The notes under the pieces are model-generated. The model saw only the letters and a program-made list of their open reading frames with translations, did not search any database and had not been told where the DNA came from. From Neovahlkampfia damariscottae (lineage: Eukaryota): a DNA stretch of 20,000 bases. Both the position numbers and the translations under genes were made by a program. The DNA lies in the NCBI GenBank assembly GCA_016618085.1, contig JABLTG010000015.1:169821-189820 (forward strand). The letters run 5' to 3'. Below, one piece after another: positions 19,676 through 20,000 of the stretch (positions are counted from its first letter, which is position 1; each line of letters begins with the position of its first letter).

Positions 19676-20000
19676 TTATATTTTTTGTAATTGTTCAATC
19701 AATTCATCAATTTTTTTATGTGCTTTTTCTGGAATACAAATATAAAATATCTTTAAAGATTCTTCAATTTTCTTTGAAATTTCTTCAGATGTTTCGGATT
19801 GAATATTTTTATGATTTAACATTAATTTAACCAATTCTTCTTTGTTTTTCTTACTTAAACCTTTGTAAGTATCTTTCAATTCCTTCCTTAATGTATCAGC
19901 AGTTTTTTTTTCAATTGACAGAACTCTGGGATCAATGGTGAAATCTTTTTCATAATTCCATTGAAATTCATTTAAATTACATTCAGGTGTTACAAAATAC
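19676..20000 (-). CDS. C-terminus of a protein starting outside the window; Crinkler/RHS REase-like end with Rho-N/HeH-like insert
   Basis: Open frame from 19999: YFVTPECNLNEFQW...IEKKTADTLRKELKDTYKGLSKKNKEELVKLML...LKIFYICIP...LQKI*. Family calls are from motif resemblance only. Confidence 0.6.
   Translation of the reverse strand, partial: YFVTPECNLNEFQWNYEKDFTIDPRVLSIEKKTADTLRKELKDTYKGLSKKNKEELVKLMLNHKNIQSETSEEISKKIEESLKIFYICIPEKAHKKIDELIEQLQKI

Larger units (their letters stand above)
18794..20000. mobile_element. Probable end of an inserted DNA element (unclassified)
   Basis: A2M homology stops abruptly at 18793. The sequence then starts CACCGTTCAGGTAAAG and becomes non-coding, with multiple GGTAAA motifs, hairpins and a 132-bp duplication. 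The other end, a TSD and a transposase are not visible in the window. Confidence 0.5.

Overview
Very AT-rich, extremely compact eukaryotic (protist) genomic DNA, not prokaryotic. The fragmented ORF track resolves into about 10 protein genes interrupted by GT-AG micro-introns: 28 of the 29 introns I could place are 26-43 nt. A heterolobosean/discoban amoeba is my guess for the source, but this is inference only. In order, the genes are: a cytochrome-b5-fused fatty-acid desaturase (runs off the left end), a 751-aa unknown protein, two small membrane proteins, an intronless bacterial-type EVE protein, SPATA20, RPSA (uS2), an SLC5/SSS Na+/solute symporter, a jacalin-BTB-BACK-SPRY protein and MECR. 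These are followed by a decayed alpha-2-macroglobulin/thioester-protein pseudogene whose 5' part is replaced at ~18794 by a repeat- and hairpin-rich segment, probably the end of a mobile element. The C-terminus of a Crinkler/RHS-REase-like protein with a Rho-N/HeH-like insert lies at the right edge. The best signal is the single long intron (206 nt, RPSA intron 2). It holds a box C/D snoRNA with co-varied non-canonical boxes and a U24/U76-type guide for LSU Am1449, enclosed by a ~45-bp stem that folds the intron back to micro-intron length.
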